A stretch of DNA of 64,000 nucleotides, taken from Phoronis australis (Eukaryota > Animalia > Phoronida). Every line of letters starts with the position of its first letter. Within the stretch, counting starts at the first letter, position 1. The position numbers and the translations under genes are program-made. Positions 62,965 through 64,000 of this stretch are shown piece by piece. A model generated the notes under the pieces. The model searched no databases. It saw only the letters and a program-made list of their open reading frames with translations, and had not been told where the DNA came from. The DNA lies in assembly GCA_002633005.1 (NCBI GenBank), contig NMRA01000010.1, forward strand, positions 62,001 through 126,000, written 5' to 3'.

Positions 62965-63266
62965 TTGAAGGGGGCCATTAATGACATTTAAGTGACCACC
63001 TTTTTCGTGTTTTTATTGACAAATTATTAAGGGGCCGGTCACGCAGTGAGGGCCCAACGATGGAATTGATTACCTCTATTTTCCTGTGTTTTGTGAAATC
63101 GCACAACCGGCTTTCATATTGAGGAATGTCATTCCTTGCAGGGTCACACGACGTGTAAACGAATCAATTGTCACTCTTTCCCAAGCTTAATGATTTTTGT
63201 CTTTCATTCCATTTTAGACGGAATCCTCTCTCGGTGGGGCGGTTCGGGAGAATTGTCCTTTTGGTC
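62965..63266. repeat. Dispersed repeat, partner of 42570-42905
   Basis: Reverse-complement similarity over about 300 bp, followed by a fragment of the CATGGGCGGCGCA-type MITE at 63267. Confidence 0.7.
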
Positions 63267-64000
63267 AATGGGCAGCGCACNGGGGGGTTGGGGCTATAGC
63301 TCCACTTTTTTCAGTGCAACGATGCATATGGTCAATAGGCGGTGCACTACGGTGGAGGGGGGTCTTTTTTCAGTGCCGAGCCCAGTCTATACACCTCCGA
63401 CATGACTCTGCCAACTACTCACGACAAGATTCCAAATTCATCAAAAACACAAAACATTCGTGCACAGCACAGAAGCTACCTTGTAAGAAATGACAATGCG
63501 TCACTGAACTTAGTTGAAGGCTGACTTGGGAAAATTCGACCTATCATCAGACCACCATATCGCAGTGAAGTAAAATAAGGCGATAACAGTGATAAGTTCA
63601 TGAATGTCGAGCAGCTCTAAATGCTTTATTGAATTAAAAACTAGACTAGTGAAATTTAAAAAATTACAAAACGTAGATCGAAAAAGAAGTTCAAGTCATT
63701 GCTCATAAATTTGTAAAGATTGTCTTTGAACTTCCTTGATGCTTGTAGTTCACAGTAGTATTGTGCAATGAATTTTGGTTCTTCTAAACCGAATCGTTTG
63801 CTCGCCATTCCTGTGCATACTGCACAGGCTTGGCACGTCATGACTCAGTAACGTACCCACGTTAAAAATAAGGTGTAGTCATGCATTAGGCCGGCGTAGA
63901 ATCCGCGGCTTGTGATTGACGACTGAGAAATGAACTTGAACTGCAGGCGTTGAAGTGTGTATATTTTTGGGACACACGTTCATTTTCCTCAGCCGCCCGG

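Overview
This is AT-rich eukaryotic (metazoan) genomic DNA, not prokaryotic: it has GT-AG introns, microsatellites and many non-autonomous DNA transposons. A marine invertebrate source is my inference only. The main feature is a 14-coding-exon + strand gene (15095-44404, about 808 aa) that I assembled by hand with consistent splice phases. It encodes a CNBD2-like protein with two cyclic-nucleotide-binding domains. The second domain is degenerate and split by a long low-complexity insert. An RFX X-box-like motif lies upstream. The minus strand carries phase-compatible candidate exons (22796-22969, 9915-10015, 9523-9682, 8303-8557, 3509-4256). They suggest a second, unidentified gene with alternative N-termini that runs off the left edge and overlaps the CNBD gene in antisense. 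Introns and the right third contain three Kolobok-type TTAA elements (two with THAP remnants), a CATG-ended MITE family with apparent 5-bp TSDs, two Helentron-associated (HINE-like) elements with internal higher-order repeats, a tRNA-derived element and several minisatellites. One minisatellite multiplies a splice donor. A probable assembly or haplotype duplication sits at an N gap. There is no CRISPR, rRNA or intact transposase. I cannot support a claim of a wholly new biological system; the best leads are listed as findings.
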